Of a DNA stretch of 34,855 nucleotides, positions 1-11,317 are shown in pieces. The stretch's first letter is position 1. The number at the start of each line of letters is the position of its first letter. The DNA is from Phoronis australis (taxonomy: Eukaryota > Animalia > Phoronida). The notes beneath the pieces were generated by a model, which ran no database searches, was not told where the DNA came from, and was given only the letters and a program-made list of their open reading frames with translations. The position numbers and the translations under genes were made by a program. Where the stretch lies: contig NMRA01000891.1 in assembly GCA_002633005.1 (NCBI GenBank), positions 42,917-77,771 of the forward strand. The letters are read 5' to 3'.

Positions 1-3
1 GTC

Positions 4-67
4 ACCTTCTGACTGAACTTGCTATTAATTACTTGCAAGTTTGACTCGGCAAGTTCAGTCAGAAGGT
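4..67. repeat. Perfect 19-bp inverted repeat with 26-bp spacer (hairpin or tiny MITE)
   Basis: ACCTTCTGACTGAACTTGC at 4-22 is the exact reverse complement of GCAAGTTCAGTCAGAAGGT at 49-67. Confidence 0.85.
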
Positions 68-194
68 TGATTTCGTGCTTTGTCCAATTGCAAGATCTTT
101 TCTTTTCTGCAGCCATTTTGTCTGTGCCATGGTAACAGGAATTATGGGTATTGCCTTATATGGTATCCAATTTGGCTATCCACCGTATAACATA

Positions 195-341
195 GATATC
201 CGCCGGATAGTTATCCGAACCTTATCCAAGCTTTGTGCAACCCAAATTTATACGCCGGATAACTATCCGGCGTATAAATCTTATCCGGCGAATAAGCTCT
301 TATCCGCCGGATAGTTATACAGACTTTTATGCAACCGGGCC
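195..341. mobile_element. Right end of a non-autonomous PIF/Harbinger-like DNA transposon
   Basis: Ends in TTTATGCAACCGGGCC followed by CTG (a CWG-type TSD). There is a dense subterminal array of CGCCGGATA/TATCCGGCG motifs. The left end was not found and may lie outside the window. Confidence 0.65.
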
Positions 342-2055
342 CTGGTCAGTACAGAATTAGTGCAGTTATGTAATCATTGCGGCACGTCTTTGTGAATTTA
401 AATGTAGACGAACATCCGGTGACCAACAGCAGTAAGAATGCACCCAATGTTAATCCCCTGAGACACTGACCTGGTCAGTACAATGTAATCAATTAATTTC
501 ATGCAATTCTTAAAAAAAACGTAGTTCTTGTGCACGTTTCCTTTGTGTTGAGTTGTATTCGTGAGGCAGTTTCCACCGGAAGTCAACAGTTTGAATATTA
601 TAACCGACAGTCAACTTCGAAGAAAAAGTCGTGTGTTGGCTAGCCTGCGACAATAAAGTTTATATTACTACGAGCTGAGCCAGCAAGAAGACATTTCAGA
701 AGTTTTGGAAGTCTGGTTAGTGCCAGAGAGCGTTCTTAAATCGATTGGCCACAATCGGTGCTGTGATTTCCAACGAACGTGTTAAGTTCAGGCTTCATGT
801 GGGGTATTTGATGAAGTTGTAGACTGCTGTGGAGTCTAACCGGTTGGTTGCTTGTTAGATGGAGATAAAAGCTGACTACATTGATTGAAGGCTATAAGAA
901 CACACAAAGTTTATTGGCTCTAACTACAATATATATAGCAACTCAAAACATGTGTGGGTTTTGGGTGTATTTGAGTCAGTTCCTGTGACGTCAACACAAA
1001 TAGTAAACTTTTATGAATGGAATTCCACAATCTCATCCTGGCATGCCATATATGGAAAAGGACTTGTTTACCAGACAACCAGATGCACTGAAACAATAAC
1101 ATTGATATGCTGAGGTCACTCTTCTGAGGTTGTGGCAGTGTGATCAATGCAAGGGGGGGGGGAACTACCAAGGCAAAGTGTAATCGTCTCCCAAATTAGA
1201 AGAGTAACTATTGTGTCTAAACCATTGTCACATGTTCACAGGCGCCGAAATGAGCTAGGACGAACTCTCGACACTTCTGTGTATTCATTAGTTTATACGC
1301 CCTCATGCTTTAAACTTGAGTTGTTGCTAACCTGAATTTCAATTTTTGCTATCCGTAAAAATCTTGCACAGTTTTGGTCATCGGTACCATATATTAAATT
1401 AAAACCAAATTTCAACATATAATGATGCCACATATACTTTTATTTTCAATAAATAATTACATTTTTGAAAAATAGATAGACCTCGAAAAAGTCACCCTTG
1501 AGACTTCAGAGCGGCAATCTCTAAGACTGTATTCCTCTTCTTTCGGGAGTCGCCACCGGGAGCCGGGAATTCATAAGAATGTCCTTTGGACTTCCCCCTG
1601 AATAAAGCCTTTTAAACTGCTGTGTAGTGTAGAAAATCATTCACTTTTTAGCTTTTGCGCTTATCTGTATGACTTACATCCGCTGACGAACGCGGTGCTT
1701 CCAGCATGGGTAAACGCTGGCAAAAATCAACCGTCATCCCGTGTTCACTGTCTCGCAGGCCAGAAAACCTAATTTCTCATGACGGAACCCATCCCCGCAC
1801 TCTTTTTGTTTCATATTATTGCTTTGATTATTTCTGAACTCGTTTTTCAGCAACTAAACCAATGCTTCCATGTTTAGACGTTTCGCCAGAGTGCAGACGA
1901 TCAGTAGTATCACGTGACAACTTATTCAGAAACTGCAGGGCACGTTCAGAGAATCGAAATGATTTGACCGCGAGCGTCATCTGTGCACGCTGCATCACAC
2001 TCGTTCTATTTTCCTTTCGGTGCTCATTTGAAGACGGGAGTTTCTTTGACGACCA

Positions 2056-2260
2056 CAGGGGCTCTTTCGACGGTTTTTATAGGCTTGTGTCGGGGTTCGT
2101 TACTTTGGAGCAAATGTCGAGCAGACAATCTTAGGATCAACTTGCCTATGCGGCTAGCTTTTTAACTTGCCCATCGGGCAAGTACTTTTCAAATTCCACT
2201 TACCCGACGCAAGATCTACATGTACAAGGGCAACCGGGCAACCGTTAGTGTTGAGCCCTG
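2056..2260. mobile_element. Degenerate hAT-like MITE
   Basis: Termini CAGGGGCTC...GAGCCCTG, with internal ACTTGCCC/GGGCAA motifs. No matching TSD was found. Confidence 0.4.
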
Positions 2261-3216
2261 TCACATCACTACAGGTCAATAATTTGCAAGGTTCACTTGC
2301 CTCATCCACGTACCATGGGGGTGCTCAAACTTTTGGGCATGTTGACCTTTTACTAAAACAACGTGGTGTGTTCAGAGCTGTGCACAGTGCATTCCTGAAT
2401 TACAGCTTTTTAGTGGACTCGTGTCTTGTTTTCTCAATTTTTTTTTGTTTCTACGAGGCTGACCTTTTCATGCCCACTTCGGCAAGTGGGGGGGGTGCTC
2501 GTTCGAGCCTCCCCTTGGTGCGCTTATTAAGAATAACCAATGTAACTATTGTAGTGCCTATTTTGACTGACTTACTCAGGTTTGTTGGGAGGATCTAGGT
2601 TATTGAATGCGAAAGGACATCCCGATCCCACCCAACACCCCCGGCATACGTCATAATGTACCCAAGTAAACTCTCACCAGTCAACATGTTAACTATAGTT
2701 AAGCACAGTGAAACTTGCATAATTCCTATCTAATTTCACCAAATAATTCAATGCAAATATGGAAAATCTGTGTGATTTGACTTTGGGATTGAGTATGTGC
2801 TTTCAAATTTTTACCGGGTTGTGGAATACTAGAATGTCGCAAAAGTTTGCATATACAGACTTAAAATTTTCACATTCAATGCGAGTTCAACTGGTTTTAT
2901 TGAAATCAAATATTTCAGTTTCATGGTGAAAGTGATAGTTAATCTGGGTACAACTTTACCTAGGAGTTGATTTGAGTTGAATATGGACTGACTAGAATGA
3001 TCTCCCCATGTCTGTAGGGGCATATTCTTTTCCCTCTAGAAATTTGCTTGGAACCTTAATTTAATATCTTTGTAAATGTCAGCCAGTAAAGTGATTGGTA
3101 GGAGTACAGGATATAGTGTTTTTACGTTTACTGTAGTACATGAGATAACAATTTTATTTTTACTGTAAACTATTATGGTTACGTAAGACATCTCGTGAAG
3201 ACCATGCCAGTATCTT

Positions 3217-3381
3217 CAATGGTGGATTCAGAGGACAGCTAAGGGGCCATGGCCCCGGCCCCCTGAAACGCTACAAGATCAATTGGCAGTTCGGGGGCAG
3301 GGGGTGAATATCTGATGGGCAAAACCCTACTCTGCCCCAAACCCAAAACTCAAATTCCTGGACCACCCCCCACCGCCCCTG
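3217..3381. mobile_element. Short GC-rich MITE of the CAGGGGCGGATC-type TIR family
   Basis: Termini CAATGGTGGATTCAG...CCGCCCCTG, flanked on both sides by ATCTT (possible 5-bp TSD). The internal AAGGGGCCATG-CCC motif is shared with the copy at about 10680-10839. Confidence 0.55.
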
Positions 3382-3631
3382 ATCTTTACATGGATAACAT
3401 TCCCTTTAAATGGGTTATGTCTGGATTCTTAAGAAGCTATCACATGCTGTTATGTTTGCTAATATCTCATTGTTTTCAGGTCTATATTAACTTGGCGGAG
3501 TACTTGGAAGAACTAGACATCCAAACATTTGCATCTAAACAATCACCCAGGGGTGGTATTGGGCTGTTTACATCGACATGGCAGGTAGAGTTTCAGATGT
3601 TTCATTGTTGAGTGAAAACTAGTGCTGCTAT

Positions 3632-3813
3632 CAGGGTTTGAATTTGAAACAATATGAATTTGTCCTTGGTTTAGCCAATGGGGTTATAATCTTTAACAAG
3701 CTCACTTGTTGCCATTTGGTCAAGTCAATGTAAAGCTTTTTGGTTTTGCTATAAATTTCAGAAAGGACACGCGGAAGTATACATGTCAGATTAAACTTTC
3801 AGTTCTAACCCTG
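3632..3813. mobile_element. Degenerate MITE with CAGGGTT termini
   Basis: CAGGGTTTGAA at the left and TTCTAACCCTG at the right form imperfect TIRs. No TSD was recognised. Confidence 0.35.
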
Positions 3814-4693
3814 GTTGTGCCGGCTAAATGTCCATGAAACATTAGTAAGAAGTTCTATGGTGGCTGGAGACAGCTAGTTAGAATACAACTAGCTCTGCTC
3901 ATTATGTAGAGTTGTGCATTTTCTTATCAGATTGACGAATTAAACAATGAAAAATTCATAAAAGTAATAGGAATTGAAGTTTATTGCAGTTGCCAACAGT
4001 TTCATCATTTGATAAAAGATATTAATTTGTCATAGAACTTGAATTAAAAAAGTTACATAATACCATACCTGGTTAGCCTGAAGTCCAACTTTTATTAACA
4101 CATTAAGTTTTGTCATATGCACGGTTTGTTCTAGATTGTAATAGCATAATAGGTGATCATGTGCATGCTTTGTATTCAAGTTGTCTAGAATAAAATTGTT
4201 TTGAATGTCGTGAATCCAGGATTAAAACTTCATTCAAAACAGTATGTGGAAAACTGACCCACTGCAGTGATTGCTTGAAGTAAACTTGCAGGCTAGTCTT
4301 GCACTTGAATCCTGGAGAGTGATTGGTTAAATTTTGAGTTTGAAGACTATTCTAGGCTCTGTATATAAGTCAGGAAGATTAAAAAATCAGTGTTGTATAA
4401 ACAGCACGATAAATATCCAGCAAGCTAAGTTGTCTTATACTGATAACTTTTACCCGTCTGTTATTAAACTTTGTTGTCTTTATTGCAGAGTGTGCCTTCA
4501 ACAATCGTTGGATAATGAAGGCTACCCAGACAACGCAACATACGCACTTACGAACTGTAGCTCATGAACCTATGAATTCAGTTATCTGAGCTCAGAAACG
4601 GGCGTCTGTAGTCACAAAACATGGATTATTTGCCTGTGAAGCTAAGCGAGCAGATCCAGCTAAAGAAGATTAAGTGGCTTGTGGTCTACCATA

Positions 4694-5088
4694 GGGCCCT
4701 TTCACATTGACTTAACTCTTGTCTGAGCGGAGCATCGACGTATACTGCGAAGTTAAGTGGACCGTTCATTCTGGCTTCGGTAGTTAATGAACTTCGCAGT
4801 AAACAGTAGGTGACGCTGTTGTGATCGAAAGTATCGCAAGGTAGCACTCCACGCTAAGATGTGACAACTTGGGAACATTTACATGTGTTATTTGACACAA
4901 AACTTATTTTTAAATTGATTGGTGATTATTAGAGCAAGCTATAAGCAACTATTAGCCATCACACTACTATGCAATTGTTAATGATAACAGTGGCCCCTGG
5001 CAATAACTTCGATAGGACTGAAGTTGATAGTTTATACTGACATTAACTTCCAAAAACTTCGACGCGTCGATGTTAGTATGAAAGGACC
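4694..5088. mobile_element. Non-autonomous PIF/Harbinger-like element
   Basis: Left GGGCCCTTTCACATTGAC versus right-end reverse complement GGTCCTTTCATACTAAC. Flanks contain TA. Internal ACTTCG/CGAAGT motifs are repeated. Confidence 0.55.
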
Positions 5089-5747
5089 TATATTTGTATG
5101 AAGTTCAGTAGCTTTGAATTAAAGGAAAATGAATATTTTTGTGGTCAGTGGTCTAAGTTTTCTAATTTCCATCTCGTATAACCAGGTTGTACTTAGGGTT
5201 ACTTTTAGTGAAACTTGTTCTCACCATGGAGTGTATTGGATTTACTTTTACTATGATTGTCAACAAAACGAAACTTTGACATTTAAATTGATATTTTTAA
5301 GGTTGCAAAGAATTATAGGTGATTCTAGGCACTATTTCTAGCATAAGGATTGTACTTCCCAAAATCAGACCTGTCGCCATTGTCGTTAAACTTTTAGTTA
5401 CCTGTTACGTTTTATGTTATGCTTTTGTCCCTGCAGATATTCTTGGATTTTCCATATTAAGTGATTTGTTATTATTGGTGTCATTGCTGTAATTTTAGTT
5501 GAAGCGTAGACTTTTGTTGTGACTTTCCTGGTTAAGTAATCACATTTTATTTGGTTGTGTTTCATGATTTGGTAGTGATTTCTCTGTTTGTACATTCCTT
5601 TTGCTCCCTCGGTTATCGCATAATTGTCATAGATTAAGAACGATGCAAATAATGAACATGTTATTAGCCTCATTTAGTTTTCACTGCATTGATGAACTGG
5701 TTTTTGAAATATTTCTGGTTTTTAAGATTTTGATATTTCACTCATGT

Positions 5748-6545
5748 GACATATATGGAGCGTTTCATGCAAAAGATGGTGGAACTGTCCACAGGCGATG
5801 TGATGTAATCGTTACCTGTCTTCATAGCCGGGCCACTGATTTATAGATTGTGAACAACCTCGATGCCACCAATTTCATCAACGTCTTGTGTAGATACTTG
5901 GCTCATCGTGGTCTTGTGAGAACCGTGTTTTCAGATAATGGAACGAATTTTGTGGGAGCAGAGATGTCGTTGCGAGCTCCAGTGAGCGAAATAGATGGTA
6001 TTCAACGCCACTTACTTTCCGTGAGCAAAGATGAGTGGTTGAATCCATCGGCGGCATGTAATTTTAGCGGTGTTTCAGAACGTACGATCTGGGTTGTACA
6101 GTGTGTGCAAATTTCTATCGCCAACACTCGCAGAATGTGAGTGCTTGAACGACGACCTGTTCCAGACGCTTCTGTTTAAAGCACATACCGTCGTAAACTC
6201 ACGCCCTTTTACAATATTGACTGATAACTCCGGTGGTCTCCAGCAGCCCCGAACCATGTTTTGGCAAGGAATAGCTAGATTGCTGTCTCCGTCCAGGGAA
6301 CTTCCAGAGCCAGGATGAAAGAGGTGTCGCTGCGTTCAATAATTGGCCAATTTGTTTTGGACCTCGTGGAGGAAGAAATTTCTAGTCACGCTTCAAAAAC
6401 GCGTCAAGTGACATCGACGTTACGTCGAGAAATAGTTGGCACACGGGACAAGTCGTGGAAGCCTTCAAGGATTCCAAGGGTTTGGTTCGAAGCTGCTATT
6501 TGAAAACTAGTGCGTCTACCGGTCAATAAATTGTTTCTGCTTGTT
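5748..6545 (+). mobile_element. Degraded BEL/Pao LTR-retrotransposon integrase plus C-terminal DUF5641-like region
   Basis: Across frameshifts and stops the translation gives DIYGAF, VIVTCLHSRA, LDATNFINVLCRYLAHRG, VFSDNGTNFVGA, NPSAACNFSGVSER, VVNSRPFT, LANLFWTSWRKKFLVTLQKR and PVNKLFLL. These match the canonical Pao integrase motifs (SDNGTNFVG, PP.A.HFGG.WER, NSRPL, FW.RW..EYL..LQ.R). Confidence 0.9.
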
Positions 6546-6630
6546 AATAACGGCACTTTCTGAATATTTGCAATCTAGTCAAACTGTGGTTAGTGTGTTT
6601 TATACTACATTATCAGCTTCACATGGCCAG

Positions 6631-6768
6631 TACAACCGTTAAATAACCCATTTAATTGTTCAACCGCTTTGAATAACACTTTATCGGGGAACCGAGGTCG
6701 GTTCCGAACCCGTCTTCCAAGTGATTCGAATGGTCGACTTAACAACTGCACCACCCAGCAGCTGACGT
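6631..6768 (+). repeat. Diverged interspersed repeat, copy A (related to 11210-11317)
   Basis: The blocks TACAACC..AATAACCCATTTA, ATAACA.TT...CGGGA and CAGCAGCTGACGT occur in the same order in both copies. Confidence 0.55.
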
Positions 6769-7721
6769 AGGCAATTACTTGGAAGTTAAGGGTTGCCGTA
6801 TTGTCTTTTTCGCATTTTATTAAAATGTTCGGACATATCTTTGCATACCTGGCGCAGTATTTAGTACAATTTTATATAATGTTTTCAATTTCTAAGCAGT
6901 AATTGTATCAATCATTGTGTTATTCACAAAATGAAATAAAAAACTGAAAAAGAAAATCCAACTGAAATACTGAATGCAGCGCACTTCCCACGACCGCACC
7001 AAATGCTCTGTAGTCATATCGCAGGTACGGCAACATTCATGTGTGAGGCACGAATTACAGAAACATGGCATTTTTGTATCCCCAAGTGAATTGCTATAAA
7101 AGAACTATAGAAGGACATTCTTCGCAAATGCTGCAGCAACCGGCAGTGAGCTTTAAATGTTTGCAAATGGCAGCAAACCTAGACTGCCCTCATAGGCTGT
7201 TCGAAATGTCAAACTGTAATAACACGTCCAAGCTAGATGATTTTTCAGCTAAAAGAATCAATATAATTTTGAATAAAAATACATGTAGTGCACTCCTCAC
7301 CAGTACAGCAGTCACGAGCAGTTGTGGTTGATTTTTACCACCCGTTAGTTACATGTACGTTAAAATATGGCAACAAAATCATTTGTGAATTTGACATCGA
7401 CTTTTTATAATTTGACAATGAAGCATATTAATAAGGAAATTCACAATCATTATGCTCCGATGTCTATGAATTGATCGGAAGCATGCAATTTTATAACCGA
7501 AAAAGAAAGTCTGCCAAAAGACGGTCTTTAAAGGGTAGGAGCCTAGCACACTACTGTTAATTCCAGGAGGAGTATTCTAATTTCTTGTTCTCTTGAATTT
7601 TAGCCATTCAGTACCTGCGGGCAGGAAAGTGTTCATCGCAAGGGGAGCTGTAGCGACTCAAAGAGAATACACTGATAAATATAATATCGTGTAGTAATTG
7701 TTATTTTCATTAAACACTCAC

Positions 7722-7973
7722 TTGTTTTAGCTGTTATCTCGTCGGGCCAGTCATCAGTCCACTCTATTATGTACGTTCTAACTGTCACATTGTACGAAGT
7801 TCCTTGAGTTAAACCAGTGCAACGTTCTTTGGTAACAGCTGGGTCAGTTACATTGATGCTATGGTTACCGCAGATCACTATGTAGCCGTCTTTATATCCA
7901 GGTGCTTCAGACCAACTGACATCAATTGTTGTCTCATTTTCAACCAGACTGATATTAGAAACTATTCCCATCA
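7722..7973 (-). CDS. Internal exon encoding one fibronectin type III domain (multi-FN3 protein, receptor-PTP/tenascin-like ectodomain)
   Basis: Acceptor TATCTTCCCTTCCAG, donor GTGAGT, 252 nt, phase 1-1, open frame: MGIVSNISLVENETTIDVSWSEAPGYKDGYIVICGNHSINVTDPAVTKERCTGLTQGTSYNVTVRTYIIEWTDDWPDEITAKT. FN3 hallmarks are the W in strand B, Y in strand C and GL.xG..Y.V.V. Confidence 0.88.
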
Positions 7974-8448
7974 CTGGAAGGGAAGATACATAAACAAAAA
8001 GTATAAACATTGGATTTCGGCTTCCAGTCTCTTTGGACTAGCTATAGTAGTTTTTCCAAAATACGAATTCAAAAAAATACCGGACGTTCATATACAGCAT
8101 CACGGGTCACAGGTACTACATAACACTTTGTAGGTATTAGTCCGAAACAGTACAGTAACTGTAATTTTCACACACCACTAAAATATTCATGGACGACGAA
8201 CCTTTACTTTCATATTGTTTTGCGATATTTCATTGTAAAAACATGAACGAAAGTAGTTCTTGAACAGTTTTCACATGCATCTTGGTTTTGTCAAAGACAT
8301 TTCATGAACCGCAGTTGATACGGTTTGGTGTTAAATATGAGAGAAAAAAAATCTTGAAAACCACACCAATTAGAGATTAGACAAATGATATCGCGGTTGT
8401 TTTGCTGAGATTACTTAAATATTCGGTTTCAGCGACATCGGATATCAG

Positions 8449-9828
8449 GGCCCGGTCTCCAATATCCGTACTCAGACTCGAATCATACTCAAACACTTAA
8501 TTCATACTCAACTCCAGTACATATTCAGCTGTGGTGTATTCATTGCCATACTCGAAAATTCTTAACTTGAAATTTCGAGCACGTACTTTATGTTCCAGTG
8601 TAATGGAACTGAAGCGTATCTCATCTATATTTTGAGTACGATTTTAAATAAAATTCTGAGTAAAGGCTCCTAATTTCAAGTTTGGTCTGCCAGTGTATTT
8701 GAAATCGTACTCGAAATAAAATACGAGCGAGAAAACAAAATATCGAAAGCCACCGAGAGACAGAGCAAATCTGAAAAAAAATAAGTCCTCTTACTACATT
8801 TCAGAGCTTCAATTTCAGTTCAGAGATATTAGTCTTCATTTTAAATCATCTTACTCTTCACTGGATTAACCTTCCTTCTGAGTTACTGCATTTTATCGCC
8901 GACAATTTATAAACTCCCATTCCTGTCAACAGGTGCATTCTAATCCCTTGTCGGCAAATCTTTACATGTGTCGAAAGCAGTTTTGGGAAAAGTCGTGTGA
9001 GAAATGTGTGCTGCCCTTATTTCAGTAGGTGTGCCTACGGTTTGTAGTGTTTCCAAAAGACGAGTAGGCTAGGAAAGTTAAAAACAGTTTGCTTCAATGT
9101 CAGGTACATTTCACATTATAGTTAAGTCATCTATAATTCCTCAATCCCCGAATGGCATTCCAAATTTTGTTAGCCGATTTATAAGTACCGTAGATGTCTC
9201 GTCCCGTTCACTGATGAATTCTGAATGCCCGTATGCAGTGTTTCTTAACTCACGCGCCAATTGTCAGCTAACTTGATATATCCCGGTAAAATACGAAGAT
9301 ACAGTATCAAAAGTGTGACACCAGCGTAGGCCTACACAACAATGGGTTCTACGTCAAAACCAAATTAGCAAGAGAGAACAGGGGTTCTTCGATGTGATAA
9401 TCTGTTACAAAGACAATTACGGGAGACGAGGAACTCAAGAAGTAAAGCCTAAAAGTTGTCAAATGTAGCAAAGAAATGGTGTAAGAATATTGTATTTAAA
9501 CTGGAAAATGAATAACAGTTACAGAATACTCACAATTCCACGTTATATACTCTTGTAGTTGTAGCGACAACAGACGACAATGTAGTTGCTGGGGTTGTAT
9601 ATGCCAATAGGGAGCAATGAATCAGCGCGACTTGGCGTGGTTTTGCATTTTAAATCACAAAGAGTTCCATAGCAACTCAAGTATGAGTGTCAGATTTGAG
9701 TACGTTTGGAGTCTACTCGAAATGCGACATTAGATACACTGTTTTGATCACAACTCCAGTGAGCAGGATTTTGGGTAAAAATCTCGAGAATGAGTATAAG
9801 TCTGTGTACGGAGATTGCAGACCGGGCC
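8449..9828. mobile_element. 1380-bp non-autonomous PIF/Harbinger-like transposon, copy 1
   Basis: TIRs GGCCCGGTCTCCAATATCCGTACTCAGACT / ...GTACGGAGATTGCAGACCGGGCC. Flanks are CAG and GAG. Many subterminal GTACTC/GAGTAC motifs. Inverted homologue at 15454-16833. Confidence 0.85.
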
Positions 9829-10679
9829 GAGGTCAATTTTTAACTAGTAGCAGTTCAACCTAAGTGTGTAGACAATCCATATGGTGGCCTCACACACATG
9901 CAAAGTTTGCTCCTTTAAAGCCTAGTGTTAGTGGTCGCATAACCATAAAAGTATTCGGGACAATGTCTTCTACCAGTCTTATCACACGGCGATAGATTTT
10001 GGCGGTCAGTTTGACAAAGCAGTGTCTGGCAGGATCTTGACAACTGTGCGTGGTTCATCCTGTATTTAGTGGTATTCCCAGAGCTTGCAACCTGATTGGT
10101 TTTTGGATTAACTTAGTGAACTATCGACGACAAAGCTACCACTGATACAATCATTAAAAGAGCGTGACTATTGTTTAAGACATTAGTAATATTCCCAAGA
10201 TGAGACCATATCGGCTGTGGTTTGGTATCCTGGAAAATAAAGTTTTGTATTGTAAATAAAATATTGTGAGCGTGCAGTGTTTTTTGGTACTCCTTAGTCG
10301 CGGGCTGATCTATTAGCATTAGTTTCTCTCGTGACTCTTCCAGCGATAAGATTTCTACCAACAAACCAAACAAGACACTGGTTGTCACACAAGCAAAGCA
10401 AAGCTGGAATGACGAAACATTGTTTTTGAGAATTCCAGGAAAATGTGAGCTTACATCAGTCTCTTTCTCTGGCTGCGTTCAACTACATTTGTTTGGTGAC
10501 GAAAGCGAAAATGATGAAGGGCTTGGCAGTTTGCTTCGCAGCATGGGGACTTTTGCAAGAACAGACTTGTAAATATGCAGTCGAGATTGATAGAGTGATC
10601 AACTCGAACCAGTCAACAGTCTATCATTATGTAAAGTACTCGCCTCTACATTACAAGTTGAGGTCACAAAGTTCAAATA

Positions 10680-10839
10680 AAAGGTATGGGGTACAGTGGG
10701 GGGCAAGGGGCCATGCCCACACCCCTAAAATTCTCCAAGATTACGTTTGCCAATTCGTGGGTGGGAATGTATGACTGGCAAAGTCTTGATTAATGCCCTG
10801 CCAACTCCCACCTAAGTCAAATACTGGATAAGACCCCTG
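10680..10839. mobile_element. Degenerate GC-rich MITE related to 3217-3381
   Basis: Contains GGGGGCAAGGGGCCATGCCC and ends in CTGGATAAGACCCCTG. The left boundary is approximate. Confidence 0.45.
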
Positions 10840-11209
10840 GAATACAATATATCTTTTTACATGAATAGGTGAATGCGGTGTTAAAGTCACAAATATTTCT
10901 AAAGAAAGTGACATCGCGCTTTTATGTAAAGGAACCTCGACTAAATTTGTGAAATTATAGCATATCTAACAATACGAAAATTGTTTTAAAACTAAATTAG
11001 AAAATGCTATCTTTCAAATAGAAATTCTCATCTTATTTCTTTAGGGCAGATGCATCTTCCTGCTGGATATGTGGCAGATTTTTACCCACCTTTACAGCTC
11101 CATGTAACATATAACTTCTGTAATTATCCATATCTATATTAGTTTAGCTTCTCATAATATATACAGATGTATGACATTTTATACCACAATATCAGCCTCA
11201 AATGACTAT

Positions 11210-11317
11210 TACAACCATATAATAACCCATTTAGTTATAAAACGGCGTTAGATAACATTTTGGCGGGACTGCAAAGCCGGATTCTTACCCGCTCAGCAAC
11301 TCTCAGCAGCTGACGTC
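11210..11317 (+). repeat. Diverged interspersed repeat, copy B (related to 6631-6768)
   Basis: Same ordered sequence blocks as 6631-6768. Confidence 0.55.

Noticed and set aside
2167-2598. 143-aa ORF and the many other short ORFs in the track
   Set aside because: They span MITE boundaries, many use non-ATG starts, and they show no domain motifs or splice support.
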